Assembly (NCBI RefSeq): GCF_009914755.1
Contig: NC_060925.1
Direction: 5' to 3' (one strand)
From: the human T2T-CHM13v2.0 reference genome, Homo sapiens
Length of the DNA: 64,000 bases
The notes under the pieces are model-generated. The model searched no databases, was not told the DNA's origin, and saw nothing but the letters and a program-made list of their open reading frames with translations. A program made the position numbers and the translations under genes. Below are positions 44,389-64,000 of the stretch, piece after piece (the stretch's first letter is position 1; every line of letters begins with the position of its first letter).

Positions 44389-47300
44389 TGTAGCAGGACG
44401 AGCTGCAGACAAAACTCCTCAGACACTGAGTTAAAGAAGGAAGAGGTTTATTCAGCTGGGAGCATTGGCAAGACTCCTGTCTCAAGAGCCAAGCTCCCCG
44501 AGTGAGCAATTCCTGTCCCTTTTAAGGGCTCACAACTCTAAGGGGGTCCACGTGAGAGGGCTGTGATCAATTGAGCAAGCAGGGGGTGCATGACTGGGGA
44601 CTGCATGCACCAGTAATCAGAACGAAACATAACAGGACAGGGATTTTTACAATGCTCTTCCATACAATGTCTGGAATCTATAGATAACATAACAGGTTAG
44701 GTCAGGGGTCGATCTTTAACTATCACGCCCAGAGCACGGGGCCGGGCTTTCTGCCTGTGGATTTCATTTCTGCCTTTTAGTTTTTACTTCTTCTTTCTTT
44801 GGAAGCAGAAATTGGGCATAAGACAATATGAGGGGCAGTCTCCTCCTTTATTCCCCCACTTTGAGACTCTCACTCATTTTATTAGTGGGAGTTCTCACTT
44901 TTATCTTTACCATCTGTGTCTCCCTGCATGACAGATAGTGATTTATTGTAATACACTTCTGCTGAAGCATTCTGGTGAACTAGAGTAGCGATGAAACCTT
45001 TTACCATTTGAATGAGTGCAGGTAGTAAATAAGGGATCAGTAAGCAGGTTCCTATTACTACTATAATTTTTATTATAAGAGTTTTAAATCCTCCTAGCAC
45101 TGGGAACCATTTTTAAACATGGCCTCAGGGTCAAATCCGTGCCACACTTGTACAGGCACTTGCCAGTTTCATCATGTCTTTAACTGTATCTTCGACTACT
45201 TGCCCCTGATCATCTATGTGCAGGCAGCAGTTGGTAAGGTTAAATTTTCTACAGACTTCTCTTTCAGCTGCTAGCAAGTAGTCGAGAGTCAGTTTATTTT
45301 GATAGATAACATTTCTCATCTGAGTTTCTTGCCGGGCCAGAACAGTCAAGGTTTTACCAGTTTTATTAGTGATAATCTCCAAGACAGCAACTACATGATT
45401 TGGTTGAGCATGTTAATGGGGGTTGGGTATCCCCACGAGCCGTCTTGTGCCCAAGCGGCAGGCCCATAGTATTGTATAATTTTTTCAGGAGGCCGTTTAT
45501 CATCTTTTTAATTATCTATGGCTATGCTTCTCTTTTCGCAGGAAGCATAGACAGGGAAGCCCAGGAGTTCGCCTGTTTTTATGGGCAGTAGGAAGAAAGA
45601 TGGTTTAATAGTGCCAATAACACAACTACCTGTCCACTGATCAGGCAGCTTAGTGTAGGCTCTATGTCCACATATCCATTATAGCCCGGTGGGGGCCGTC
45701 CAGTCCCAGTGGAATTCTGGGTAGGCCTAAATGGTCTGCAGCTTTGGAAATTTACTCTGTGTCGTTTGAACTCCACCATGTGGTCTTCCTACAGGAAGGG
45801 TGAACTCCTTCCCCACTCTTGCTATACAGTATTGCCTAATCATTGAGGCTTTTAGGACCTAGAAGTGATCAGGGTGATTCTTTTGGGCCGGGAATTCATT
45901 CAGGAACTGGGTCTGTAGGTACTAATTCTCGGGCTTCCTATGGCCATTGATCTCCTATTACAGTTCCTCCACATACATAACATGAAGTGACATTGAGAGA
46001 CTGCGCTACATGCTCGGCTAATTGCAAAAACAAATTTCTTGTTTTTCTTGGAATTTTTGGTACTGGCACATTTAGTTTATTGTAGAAGGTTTGAAATACT
46101 GGCTCAGGAGAGCGTTTATAAACTTTTTCTCAAACCACGATATTTACTTGAAGATCCAGTCCAGCTCTATCAATTTTTAGGGTTACACGTTCCCCTTTTT
46201 TCTAACGAGGATTAAGGGTTATTACTAGTTCTAAGGGGTTACACTGACCACTGGTACAGGAAGGGCCACTTTTCCCTTGCTGAAGGTAGACAGGATTTTT
46301 TTCATTTTTTTAAATTTAAGTAGCCTAAATGACACAAGACCAGTATCTACATTTATTTTCACACAGTCCTAATTCATGATAAATGTACTTATTTTCTGCC
46401 ATATAGCCTCTTTCCTAATTAAGAGAACCACATCCTATTTTTAACTTATTAATGACAGCACAGGCATCAAATTTTAAGGTGACTTGTTTGGGCACCTCTT
46501 TTTTTTCTGTTTTGGCTCACACTTTACTCGTATCATTTATGAGCCCCCACCAGTCTTCAGTTCTTAATCTTATTTTAAAAACTGTGGTCATGGGAGGCTC
46601 AGATGGGTCATAACACACATCAGGTTGGTCATTTCCTGGGCTAAATACCTTGTATAGAATAACATTGTACAAACAAGTTCTTTTTAGAGTTCCAGTACAC
46701 TTATAATAACCATAAAATAATAGGACCATAGCAACCTTTTCTCCTACCTCAGTGACTTGATGTATACACTGCGAACAGCCCTCAGTCTGAGGAAGGTCAG
46801 TTGAAGTCCTTACTGTACAAGTCCAAATTTTAAGGAAAATGAGTCCCGCGATGAGTTTCCTCATGCTTCAGCCGTGCGTGGACCAGTCAGTTTCCGCGTG
46901 TGACTGGAGGAGGGCTTGTCTTCTTCAGAGTCACTTTGCAGGGGTTTGCAAAGCTGCTCCCATCCACGTACAGCTCCCAGTCTACTGGATGTTTAAGGAT
47001 GGTCTCAGAGGTTGGGCCCACTAGAATAAACTGAGTCCAATACCTCTACATAGTTATGTTCAACTGGGCTCTCTGATACCGGGAGCAAGGTGGCGGGGTT
47101 TAGGGTGTTGTAAACTTCAGTGGTTATGCGGGGATTTTCACAGAGCAAGCTTTGGTATCTAGTTAGTCTAGCATTTGTCAGCTAATGATGTCCTTTGGTA
47201 TTTATTAAAGTCACCACAGCATGGGGGGATTTTAGGTTTAGGTTTTGCCTAAGAGTTAGCTTATCTGCTTCTTGTGCTAACAGGGCCATTGCTGCCAGGG

Positions 47301-50300
47301 CCCTTAGACATGGGGGCCAGACTTTGGAAACCCCATCTAGTTGTTTTGAGAGATAGGCCACTGGCCTTGGCCAGGGCCCTACAGTCTGGGTTAAAACTTC
47401 AACTGCCATTTTTCTTTTTCTGACACATAGGGTGTAAAGGGATTTGTCAGGTCAGGAAGCCCCAGGGCTGGGGCCGACATGAGTTTTTCTTTAACTCATG
47501 AAAAGCTTGTTGCTGTTGGTTGTAATAGATGTAGTTTATCTAATCTACATTTTTATTAACTGTCACCCACTAAAATATTGACTTAAATCCTGTAGGTATT
47601 TGATTTCAAGCTTTAAATTGATCTGGTATTCCTTGCGGGGCTCCAGTTGCATCTAAATAGATGTGAGAGTTGAAAGACCTATAAGGGGCTTCTCTTGCTT
47701 TACGATGTCTTATTTCTTCTCCCTCTGGTTGATGAAATGCCAGGGTGAAAGGGATAGCCAAATGGACTAAAGCACAAGTGCCACTCCAGTTATTCGGCAG
47801 AGTGCCCAGTAAAGGTCCACCACAGTACCACCACACATCCACTCGGGGATGAACAAGGGCTGACTGATTCATAAGCTCTTGAAAATTCTTAAGCTCATCA
47901 CATCCCTTCAGGTCTCCAAGGAATGGTAAGTTTTCTCCTTGTCGTGAGAGACACAAAGTGAACTTAGTGTTGGGAGACGGAAGCTGGATGGCCCTTGGGG
48001 GCTGACCCGCAGGGTGCCGGACTTCAGGATATGGCAGAGAGAGCTTGGCATGACTTACTACTCCAGGCTGTAGAATCCTGGAAAAGAGCTACCATGCAGC
48101 CTACGCCTGGTCTACTGGAGGACCACATTAGTGGAAGGGGGACAGTTTGGGCCTCTGGCCTGCCATGTGCACAAGTATAACAATTGCCTTTGTTTAATGT
48201 GCAGATGGATTATTTGATCCATTTTAACCAGGCATTTGCATCTTGGTATCCTGTCTTTATTGCTAAAGTTTGTTTTAAGTCTTTAACTTCGATGACCCTC
48301 TAGTAAAATGAAGGTATGATTTTAGGAAATTACAAAAACCGGTTGGGGCAGTCCATCCTTGCCCTTTAGTGGTCCACAGAATGTTGGACCAGCTATGGCA
48401 TGAAAGCTCTACATTGGGGGGCAAGACTCCTGGTTGGCACTGGGGTCTTTATCGAAATCTCCCTGGATTAATGGTCCTAGTTTACTAATGCCCAGTCTGA
48501 GGAGGGTCAGGAGGGACAGAAGTACTTTTCTGAAGTAGAAAGCTGTCTTTGACTTGCAAGTCTCCACAGGGTATAACAAGGCAAGCATTAAATGCAATAG
48601 TTTGAGGTGAAATTAACATGGTTATGTTAATAACTAGATGGTCAGCAATAGAATGAGGAAAGAAGAAAGAGTAATAGAATAGATGAAAAGAGTTACATTT
48701 TTCTTAGCTTTGGTAGGGTTTTCCCCTGGGACCATGGCCCACAACTCTGGATGGGGTGGTGCTTTCTTGACTCTGGTGTTATGAGTCCATCCCCCCCCCC
48801 CCTTTTTTTTTTTTTTGATGTACGAACAGCAGTCTTGGTGGTTAGCAGCACAAGGTAGGGTACTTCCAGGCTGGCTCAAGTTTTTCTTCTTTCCACCCTT
48901 TGATGAGAACGTGATCTTCAAACTGGTGCTGATTTGCCGGAAATTCTAGGGGTGGTACATGTGCTAAAAGACTGAGTTTTTGAGGGAAAGGAAAGTGGAA
49001 GATAAATGAAGTATATAATTTTAAAGAAATTGACCTTTTGTTTTAAATGTGGGGACCTTGGCAGTGGACTTCATAGTCCTAAGTGCCTTTTTACTGAGAA
49101 AATTCCTTTAGCACCTATTTTTATTAGTTTTTAAACCAAAGAAAGCCAGATACCATTTTACATTTAACAATGCTTTTTGTATGATTTTTATACCAGATAA
49201 GCTAAATTTTACCTTTGTATTAGTGTGTTATTAATGTTAAACCTAATTTTAATAAAACCTGATAGACGTATTTATCCAATTGTTAATGTTTGACCATAAG
49301 GTAAGATTTTATGGACTCTTTTTAACCTTTCATAATTTTTGTTAAAGAGCAGGTTGGTGCTTTAAGAAAAACCTGCTGTGCTTTTATTTTAATGTCCAGT
49401 TTACAGAAAAACTGGATGATACCTCTTTAACTTTAGCCAGTGTTTACACACAGAATTTTCTTTCCAATTAACATTTTAAAACTTGATTAAACCTTTAAAA
49501 CAAAGTATACATATTTTTAACCTTTTGATGTAGGTAAAAATTTATAGTCTTATGCCTCCTTATAATTCTTTTACCAGAGGTATATTTTACTTTCCTTATA
49601 CATCTTGCACATAAAGTGTTTTTCTATAACATTTTCCTCTTTCACGACTTTTGCAGACAATTCTTTGACATGCCTCAACTTTCTGACTTATTACAAATAT
49701 TTGTTTCTTTAAACAGCTAGTTAATTTATTTCAGGACAAGAGTTTACCATATAATACTCTTTTTACATAAATTCCGCCCCCCCCTTTTTTCCTTAGGTTA
49801 CTTCTGAACTGGTGAGGTGTGCTCACAATGAGGTTTCCTCTAAAAGTTATTTTTTTTACTGTTTTTCTGTTAGCAAAGCAGTTGCTGCTACAGATCGAAT
49901 GCATTTGGGCCATCTGTGGATTACTGGGTTAAGGACTTTTGATAGGAAAGCCTCAGTGCTTTCGGGATACGCCCTTGTTTACAGTGACAACAAAGTGGTA
50001 TTGGAGTGTTATAGGGTTACGGAGAATACCTTCAATTATCAATTACAGGTTTTAAATTTACCTTTGCTTTTAAAGGAATAAGGTACGCTGTTTTTTTTTT
50101 TCTTAGCTACTTGTATATATCTCTCTCTCTTTCTTTCTGTCTTTGACTTTGTCTCTCTCTCTTTGACTTTCCTTTTGCCTCTGTCTCTTCCTCTCTCTTC
50201 TCTGTCTCTCTCTCTCTCTCTCTCAGCCTGGCTTATGCTGCAGTTCTCTCAACCACTGTGGAGAGATCTAAAACCAGCTGTAACCAAGCATCTGTGTAAG

Positions 50301-51589
50301 GGAACTGGTCTGGGTGCCCTGGCTTTACAGGTTACCTTGTGCCATACCTTTGAAACAAGGGACCTATCCAGGCTTCTTTCTGATGGCCAATCCACCTCTA
50401 ATGCTGGCCAGTCTGTTTTACACAAAGTTTTACATTTTCCTGGTGTCATAGTACTCCATAGTCTCCTTTAAATCCTTTTTTGAAATTTTTTAACATAGTT
50501 CCTAGTAGGGTGGGCTTATTTGTGCCTGACCCATGCTTCTTCGAGACAAAACACCATGCTCAAACCACACGCACACCACAAAACAAAGAACGGGTAAAAA
50601 GGGCACACACACACTTTTGCAGTTTACACCAAACCAAAATCAAAACCAAAATCAGAGTATCCAGAAATCCAAGCCAGGTCAAAACCAAAACCAAAGTATC
50701 AAACAATCCAAGTCAAGTCAAAAACAAAAACCAGAGTGCTGGTACAGGCACACCGTGGGTGATCAGGCCACGCTTCCACTCAAATGGAGTAGGCAAGTTC
50801 CCAAGACCAGTCCTGTCAAGCAATTTAAACCAAGTCAAAACCAAAACCAAAACCAAAGTGCAGATAAAGGCACGCTGTGGGTGATCAGTCCATGCTTCCA
50901 CTCAAATGGAGTGGGCAAGTTCTCGAGACTAGTCTTACCAAGTTTCAGATGTCCGGACTCCAAGTACTAGTTCCTTCCCGGTGTTTAGCCACTGCATTGA
51001 TCCTCCATGGGAGCCTGCCACACACTGCTCTGGTGAGGCATCCCACCAGGGCAAATGCCTACCCGGGAGCACTCTCAGGATCTGCGTTGCTTGGGCTGGT
51101 TGGAGTCCCCCGCAGGGATGTTCCACAGGGCAGGCTTAAGCTGCATAAGGAGCTGCCGCAACCATCCGCCAATCACCTCACTTCCCAGTCAGGGAACCAA
51201 GAAATATAGCAGGACGAACCTAAGACAAAACTCCTCAGACACTGAGTTAAAGAAGGAAGAGGTTTATTCAACCAGGAGCATTGGCAAGACTCCTGTCTGA
51301 AGAGCCGAGCTCCCTGAGTGAGCAATTCCTGTCCCTTTTAAGGGCTCACCAGTAATCAGAACGAAACAGAACAGGACAGGGATTTTTACAATGCTCTTCC
51401 ATACAATGTCTGGAATCTATAGATAACATAACCAGTTGGGTCAGGTGTCTATCTTTAACTACCACACCCAGAGCCTGGTGCCGGGCTGTCTGCCTGTGGA
51501 TTTCATTTCTGCCTTTTAGTTTTTACTTCTTCTTTCTTTGGAGGCAGAAATTGGGCATAAGACAATAAGAGGGGTGGTCTCCTCCCTTA
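44389..51589 (-). mobile_element. Harlequin/HERV-E-type provirus with LTR2 LTRs (3' LTR 44389-44850, 5' LTR 51205-51589)
   Basis: Two LTRs starting TAAGGGAGGAGACCACCCC (minus strand); 4-bp TSD gctg (44385-44388, 51590-51593); tRNA-Glu PBS TGGTTCCCTGACTGGGAA (51182-51199); PPT 44851-44860; gag MA fragment 50249-50449; pol fragment 47182-47409; HERV-E env leader 46517-46864; TM pieces 44882-45382; second env fragment 47606-47956. Confidence 0.95.
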
Positions 51590-52038
51590 GCTGTAGGTGT
51601 GCAGTCTTATTTCTGCTGAATTCTTTACTAGGAATGTTAAAATAAATTAATAATTCATTTTCATTTTACATTTTTATACAATCAGGTAACATGAAATATA
51701 ACTTGATGTACAATTTTGCCTGTTACAAAGGATGTGCTAAATATAGTGGTATATGCACAGAACATATTGGCATGACAACAGGCTGAATAAATAGCTATTT
51801 TACTTAATAAAAATGAAAAAAGAAAATTATAAAATAAGGAATATCAAACACAAAGTCCAAATTCAACAGCACATAATAAAAGTTTTTTCTAAAATCTAGT
51901 TTTTTCTTTGAATTCCTGAAATTAATACCCTTCTGAAAACATCTACTGTATTTAGACATAATTAAGATATAACTGAAATTAAAGAATAAAATTCTCCTAC
52001 CACTTCATTGAGAAAATCCTGCCTCATTCTGATTACTG

Positions 52039-52385
52039 GTGTCAGTGATAAGCTTTGTTTCTATAGATTATAGATTAACTAAAATTATTCCTTATTGGAA
52101 ACAAAGGGGTGGGCCAAAATGGATGGGTTTGGCTAGTTATCTGCAGCAGGAGCATGTCCTTAAGGCACAGATAGCTCGTGCTATTGTTTGTGGTTTAAGA
52201 AGGCGTTTAAGTGGTTTTCTGCCCTGGGTGGGCCAGGTGTTCCTTGCCCTCATTCCGGTAAACCCACAACCTTCCAGCGTGGGCGTCATAGCCATCACGA
52301 ACGTGTCACAGTGTTGCAGAGAGTTTATTTTTGGCCAGTTTTGGGGCCAGTTTATGGCCAGATTTTGGGGGTCCTATTCCCAACA
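52039..52385 (-). mobile_element. MER9 (HML-3 LTR), 3'-truncated
   Basis: Minus strand TGTTGGGAATAGGACCCCCAAAATCTGGCCATAAACTGGCCCCAAAACTGGCC matches the recalled MER9 5' end. Confidence 0.88.
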
Positions 52386-54336
<1,951 letters not shown>

Positions 54337-54739
54337 TATAATTTTCTTTTAAATACTGTATGTAATTAGGTGAAATTTTATCTTTGAAAGCAACAGATAT
54401 CTAAATTCAGAATGACTGAGTTATACTTTTTTTTAAGTTTGGAGGCACTTTAGTGTATTTATAATATTTTAAGACTGATTAAAATTATGTCATAAAATAT
54501 GAGATTATTTTACATTTTGTATTAATTAGATTTTAGATTACTATGAAGACCATTTAGTTTTATTATGCCATAGTAGTTGCTATTAGAGAATTTTTTTTTC
54601 CCGGCTACCATATAATATCTGAAAATAGAACTTTCTGTTGTTTATCAAATCTTTGAAGAATTAATAAACACCGTACATGAATGTTGCTTTAATATTCAGC
54701 GTGATTGTATACACCTTCTTAAAAATAAATTCAGCTTTA

Positions 54740-57085
<2,346 letters not shown>

Positions 57086-57782
57086 ATAACAAAACAAAAA
57101 CTTATATAAAGTTTTCTGCTTATCAGTTTGGCAGAGACAGATTAGTAATGAGATAATAATTGCTGAATTTGATAATTTGCCAGATTATTAAAATAAAAAT
57201 CCTGCTGTTTTCTCTGAAAGTTTCAAATTACTTATCAGTTAAAATTTATGTTTACTGTGACAAGTAAAATTTTTGAGAATTTTTAGTTGTATGCATTAAA
57301 AATTTGTGTAATATACAGTACTTTTCAGAAGCACAAATATCCACATTGTACACATAAGTAAAATATTTCACAATTTTTTTTGGACAGACAGTAGTGTTTC
57401 ATCAGAGATTTCAAGTCTCTTATTTGGACCACACACCCTATCCTATATACCATAAGATAACAGTAATTCGTAGAGTGCAATTATTTTTAGTACTTGAAAA
57501 TTTATGTTTTGTGTAAATTGTTGAAATAATAGTGCTTCACTGCAGAAATAGTATCTGAATATAGCCAGAATTACTGTTTGTTTATAACAAAGGCTAGAAT
57601 TGGTAGAATTATTTTAGGTATTGGGCTCTAAGCATCCTTCCTCCTCCTAGCACTTTCCTGACTGTGCAAAAATATCAGTTTGAATATTTCATTTAAACCA
57701 GGTGTTAACTTAAAAAGGTCTTAAATGAAGTTTGCATATGGCTGAATAGTACTTGTTGGTTACACTTTAAAGAATGCTTTTT

Positions 57783-57940
57783 GATCCAGGCAGAGTTGCA
57801 TGTACCTGTAATTCCAGCTTCTTTAGAGGCTGAGGTATGAGAATTGCTTGAGCTCAGGAGTTCAAGGCTATAATGTGTGATGATTGTACCTGTAAGTAGC
57901 CACTGTGCCCCAGCCTGGGCAACATACCAAGATCTCCTGG
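57783..57940 (+). mobile_element. Alu monomer (FAM/FRAM-like)
   Basis: cctgtaattccagct...gaggctgagg...ccagcctgggcaacata. Confidence 0.8.
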
Positions 57941-58769
57941 AGGGGAGGAAAGTAAAACATAACTTGTGACCCATACAAGCATGTGCATCTTCCTGGAATG
58001 GGCTGCTGCTGGTTGTGCCGGGTTCCCTCTTGCAGGTACTGCCTGGCTGCCTCAGCATCTCCACGTGTGAATGAAGTCTCAGGCTTTGTGAGGAGAAAGA
58101 GCAGCTCCACAGGCAGCTAATTGTCTCCAGAGCTCCAAATCTGTTCCTCCCACGTCATGATGGGCATGGGGCGGGGGGAATGTTGCATTGTTTTCAGAGG
58201 AATCAGGTACAATCCCTGGAAGGATGAATCTATTTTGCTACTTTCTGTTGCCAGGTTGGGGGAAGTGCTAGGTGGTTCGCCTTTATTTGTATGGGGTACT
58301 CAGATGCCCTGCCACTGTGTTACTTGTTTTACTACCATAGAATGAGGGTTCACTTTCAAACTTGGCATGTAGATGCTATTTGCCACCAGCACAGAGGAGG
58401 ACTGCTGACTTGGGACAGTGTACTTGGCAGCCTCAGGTGTATCTGGCCACCCCAGTGTGACCCACTGGGCCCGACTCCAGGTGCTGTAGTCCTGCTAGTA
58501 TGTAGGGAGTCATCTGATTCCTCACCCGCCATTGCTCATGGGCTCCAGGGTCTTGGCACCCCAACCCAGCCCCCTTCTGCTGCTTCATGCCAGCTGTGGG
58601 AAGATGTGGACTGGTGCCTTGTCCACTTGAGCTCTTGTGGGTGCTCCAGGTCTGTTGACAAAGCAGTAAGTGGCAGCCACTAACCTTGAGCTTCTAGGAT
58701 GTATTCAGTGGACTTCAAGTGCCTCTTAGAAGCCTGATTCCATTAACTCCCCCAAAACTTAATGCAATT

Positions 58770-60950
<2,181 letters not shown>

Positions 60951-61956
60951 TGAAGGGGGCCTGCCCCTCCACACCGGTGGGTATTTCTCATCTCACCGGT
61001 GGGACAAGAGACTGAGAAAAGAAATAAGACACAGAGACAAAGTATAGAGAAAGAACAGGGGGCCCAGGGGACTGGCACACTCAGCATGCAAGGACCTGCA
61101 CCGGTGCCGGTCTCCGAGTTCCCTCAGTATTTATTGATTACCATTTTCACTATCTCTCCAAGGGGAGTGTGGCAGGAGAACGGGGTGAATAGGGTGATGG
61201 TGGGGAGAAGGTCAGCAGGAAAACATGTGAGTAAAGGAATCTGCATCATAAATAAGTTCAAGGGAACGTACTGTGCCCGGATGTACACATAGGCTAGATT
61301 TGTGTTTCTCTTTACCCAAACATCTCAGTGTAGCAAAGAGTAACAGAGCAGTATCACCACTAGCATATCTTGCCTCCAGCCACAGGGCGGTTTTCTCCTA
61401 TCTCAGAATAGAACAAATGGTCGGCTTTACACGGAGACATTCCATTCCCAGGGACATGCCGGAATCAGAGGCCTTCCTCTTATTTCAGCCGCAAAGAGGC
61501 CTTCCTCTTTTACTAATCCTCCTCAGCACAGACCCTTTACGGGTGTTGGGCTGGGGAACAGTAAGGTCTTTCCCTTCCCACGAGGCCATATCTCAGGCTG
61601 TCTCAGTGGCGGGGAAACCTTGGACAATACCCAGCCTTTCTTGGGCAGAGGTCCCTGCGGCTTTCTGCAGTGCATCGTGTCCCTGGTTAATAGAGAATGG
61701 AGAATGGCAATGACTTTTACCAAGCATACTGTCTGCAGACATATTGTTAACAAGGCACACCCTGCACAGCCCCAAATCCCTTAAACCTTGATTCAGTACA
61801 GCACATGTTTCTGTGAGCACGGGGTTGGGGCTAAAGTTACAGATTAACAGCATCTCAAAGCAGAACAATTTTTCTTTGTACAGATAAAAATGAAGTTTCT
61901 TATGTCTTCCTTTTCTACATAGACACAGTAACAATCTGATCTTTCTTTTCCCCACA
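60951..61956 (-). mobile_element. Solo HERV-K(HML-2) LTR5 (LTR5A/B-like)
   Basis: Minus strand TGTGGGGAAAAGAAAGATCAGATTGTTACTGTGTCT...CCCCTTCA, ~1 kb, 5-bp TSD gaaag (60946-60950, 61957-61961). Confidence 0.95.
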
Positions 61957-62579
61957 GAAAGTATTTGGGAAGGGTTGATATTAATTCTCCAAAAAATTTG
62001 GCAGAATTATCAGTGATGCCATCCAGATCTGAGATACTCTATACATGATGATTTTTAATTGATTTAATCTCTTTATTTATTAGAAGTCTATTAACACATC
62101 CTGTTTTGTCTAGAATTTGTTTTTATAATTTTTGTCTTCATATACGTTTGTCTATAGTTTCTAATGTTCTGTGTCTCTAGATTCTCATGGCAGTTGATAT
62201 TTTAAAATAATGTGAAAAAATGAGGCTTTGAGGCTGTCTGTTAATACCCTCTTTCTGAGGGTCTTTGTAGAAAATAAAACAAGGCTACAACTTCATACCT
62301 ACCACTCAGACATGTCATTTTGCATAAGACAAAAATGCACCTAAAATAAACTAGAAGATTATGTCATTTGACTTTAAGTTTTATCAAATGATGGCTGGCA
62401 GCCTACTGTCCTCTTTGGTGTCAGTATTTAGATAACACAGGAAATGTAACTTGTAATGAGAAAAATACAAAATAACATTGTAAGTAAAGAATGATATCAG
62501 TGGTTGATCATTTGACGAATCAGTGGTTAACACTTACATAGCACAGAGTATGTATATTTCCAAGCCACTTACATGTACG

Positions 62580-62780
62580 TCTTAAATATATAGCTATTTA
62601 AAATAACTATATATAATTTTAAATAGTTATATATTTAAATATATTTATATTTTATAATATGTATTTTATATATTTATTTTATAATATACATTTATTATAT
62701 ATTGTATATGTATTAATTTATAATATATGCTATATTATTTAGTTATATATTCAAATATATATTTAGTTATATATAGCACA
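62580..62780. repeat. AT-rich low-complexity tract
   Basis: Almost exclusively A/T with degenerate (TA)n. Confidence 0.9.
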
Positions 62781-63624
62781 TACGTTCATTCAGAAAATAA
62801 ATTGGCACAGTTATAGTTTTCATAGGGGACATTAAAACTATTATAAAATAATTTGTTTTAGTATATAGGAAAAATTGACACAACAAATGTTAACTAACTT
62901 TATTAGAAACATTGATTAGTTAGAAAGATAGACACATGAACAACAATTATTGTGGTAACCAGAGTATACAGATTATTTTTGATTACTTAAAAAAAAATCT
63001 TTAAAACTTTAAAGTTTAAGGCTCCAAAAGTATAAATAATATTATGAAAGCAGAACTCCTACAGGTTGCATTTTCTGTGAATAACAATAAAATGTACCAG
63101 TTAAAATTGTAAATTGTAACCAAAAAGTATTATCTAGCCATCTAGCCACATACACATATAATTTGAGGTTACTTAAAATAGCATTTGGGTTAAGTAGAAA
63201 ATTCCAACTGATTTTTTTTTTAAGGATTAGGTGAGTACTAAGAAGGAAGCATGGTGATTGGAATCCAGTTAATTCAACAAAGCTATCTTAAAATAGGTAA
63301 ATAAATACTCATTTGGGTCATATTCAGTAAAGTAGAGAATGATGTCTTTACAAATTTATTCAACACATAAAATTATTTTTTGAATATTGAAAATTATTTG
63401 GCAAATGATACGTATAGAAATTTCTTAAACACATAAAATTATTTACATATTAAAAATCATCACATTCTACAAATTATTACTAATATATGGTACACTGTTG
63501 GGTTCAGAAGCTATTCTTGAATAAGAAACTTGAGATTTCTCATGAGGCTCTATTGTCAGCCACAAAATATCTATCTGAAATATTTTACTTATGTATTTTT
63601 TGGGAATAATATTCTATATAACAG

Positions 63625-63845
63625 CAAGTTTCTTCTAAGGCAACAACCGAAAATGCTCAGGATGTTATAAGAGCACTTAAAATGCCCGGTAGAGTTGAAG
63701 GAAAAATGCAGAAACTTCAAGAAGGAAAAGTAAATCTAGAGAAGGATCTAGAAAAGGAATCAAACAGAGATGCAGTTACTGCCCTCAGGACAGTTGATGA
63801 TCTTGTGATCATCAAACCTGTATGAGTCCTCAGACTTGCCCTCAG
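63625..63845 (+). other. Candidate exon of unknown origin with a 66-codon open frame (stop 63823-63825)
   Basis: acAG|CAA...QVSSKATTENAQDVIRALKMPGRVEGKMQKLQEGKVNLEKDLEKESNRDAVTALRTVDDLVIIKPV*, then cag|GTaaat. Confidence 0.4.
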
Positions 63846-64000
63846 GTAAATTTGAATAAAACAAAGACACGTAAAAACTGGACTCTTGACAAGAATTAAG
63901 GTATTCCAAATTAGAATTTATAAGCCACATAGGAAATCAACCACCAGAATAAAGGTTCAGAAAAACTAGATATTTCCAAAACGTCAAATACTAAAATTTT

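Noticed and set aside
51182-51199. tRNA-Glu-like sequence
   Set aside because: It is the 18-nt proviral primer-binding site, not a tRNA gene.
60999-61955. ORFs of 76-146 aa
   Set aside because: Entirely within the solo LTR5.

Overview
Primate (almost certainly human) genomic DNA dominated by interspersed repeats. It contains the CpG-island promoter, first exon (MPGHPESRKT|gt) and first ~45 kb of intron 1 of a ZNF91-subfamily KRAB zinc-finger gene on the + strand. The gene order 5S pseudogene, ZNF exon 1, MRPL57 retrocopy, FAM133B retrocopy matches my recollection of ZNF678 at 1q42.13; this is recall, not a database check. Upstream lie an FGFR3 exon-3-like fragment, a chimeric L1, an ERV3/HERV15-type env plus 3' LTR abutting the 3' stump of a 5S gene, and a decayed, Alu-less piece of a tandem 5S rDNA array. 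The intron holds MER85, a full-length old L1, a Harlequin/LTR2 provirus, MER9, a solo LTR5, many Alus and two processed pseudogenes. No intact novel protein-coding system is evident. The most interesting signals are evolutionary or structural: the fossil 5S array, an ERV apparently inserted in a 5S gene, an L1-L1 recombination scar, a 35-kb-spaced inverted duplication with an Alu-associated deletion, an L1 3' transduction, an inverted retrocopy tail with a templated insertion, a dead ZNF431-type exon, and an unassigned exon-like ORF at the window end.
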